A stretch of DNA of 63,964 bases, filler included, from Bigelowiella natans CCMP2755 (lineage: Eukaryota; Protista; Cercozoa): the NCBI GenBank assembly GCA_000320545.1. It is 6 parts of 6 records of this genome, joined end to end, with 100 filler letters (N's around TTAATTAATTAA, not from the genome) between each part and the next. Parts side by side here need not be neighbours in the genome. Positions count along the whole stretch, not along the records: positions 62,951 to 63,964 come from ADNK01002076.1; 5 more parts are not named here. The stretch is one strand, 5' to 3'. The notes below the pieces were generated by a model that was not told the DNA's origin, ran no database searches, and was given only the letters and a program-made list of their open reading frames with translations. A program made the translations under genes and the position numbers. The number at the start of each line of letters is the position of its first letter. The stretch's first letter is position 1. Shown in pieces: positions 63,829 through 63,964 of the stretch.

Positions 63829-63964
63829 ATGTAAATTCTCGTTGAATATCAAGATGTTTGACGTCCCTCGTTGTTTCTCAATTTTGAAAAAAATGAAATG
63901 ACCCAGCTCGACGGTCCTTACAGCGACAGATCATGTCGCAGTAGCAGAACAACGATATATATAT

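Overview
Intron-rich eukaryotic nuclear DNA from a photosynthetic protist. It carries an NTRC-type thioredoxin reductase and bipartite-leader-like N-termini; a chlorarachniophyte-like origin is a guess, not established. The window is six contigs joined by artificial N44-TTAATTAATTAA-N44 linkers. Host genes include GST, ZNHIT3-like, a carotenoid oxygenase, an SH3-NEK-like kinase, casein kinase 1, NTRC, an ankyrin protein, PEX11-like and DnaJ. The striking signal is two multi-kb domains (3215-10620 and ~15545-23850) in which TpA is almost completely erased. One contains a full-length Ty3/Gypsy LTR retrotransposon (16015-22877, TSD ACACG). Its proteins have no tyrosine (YxDD reads HFDD), and its two LTRs differ almost only by A:T/G:C transitions: reciprocal TG/CA at former TA sites, and CAT/CGT. 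This points to a regional, two-stranded A-to-G hypermutation system acting after insertion, a mirror image of fungal RIP. It spares CTAG, spreads into flanking DNA including a host exon, and leaves weaker footprints downstream of most gene 3' ends. Gene boundaries are approximate (introns read by eye) and all counts are manual.
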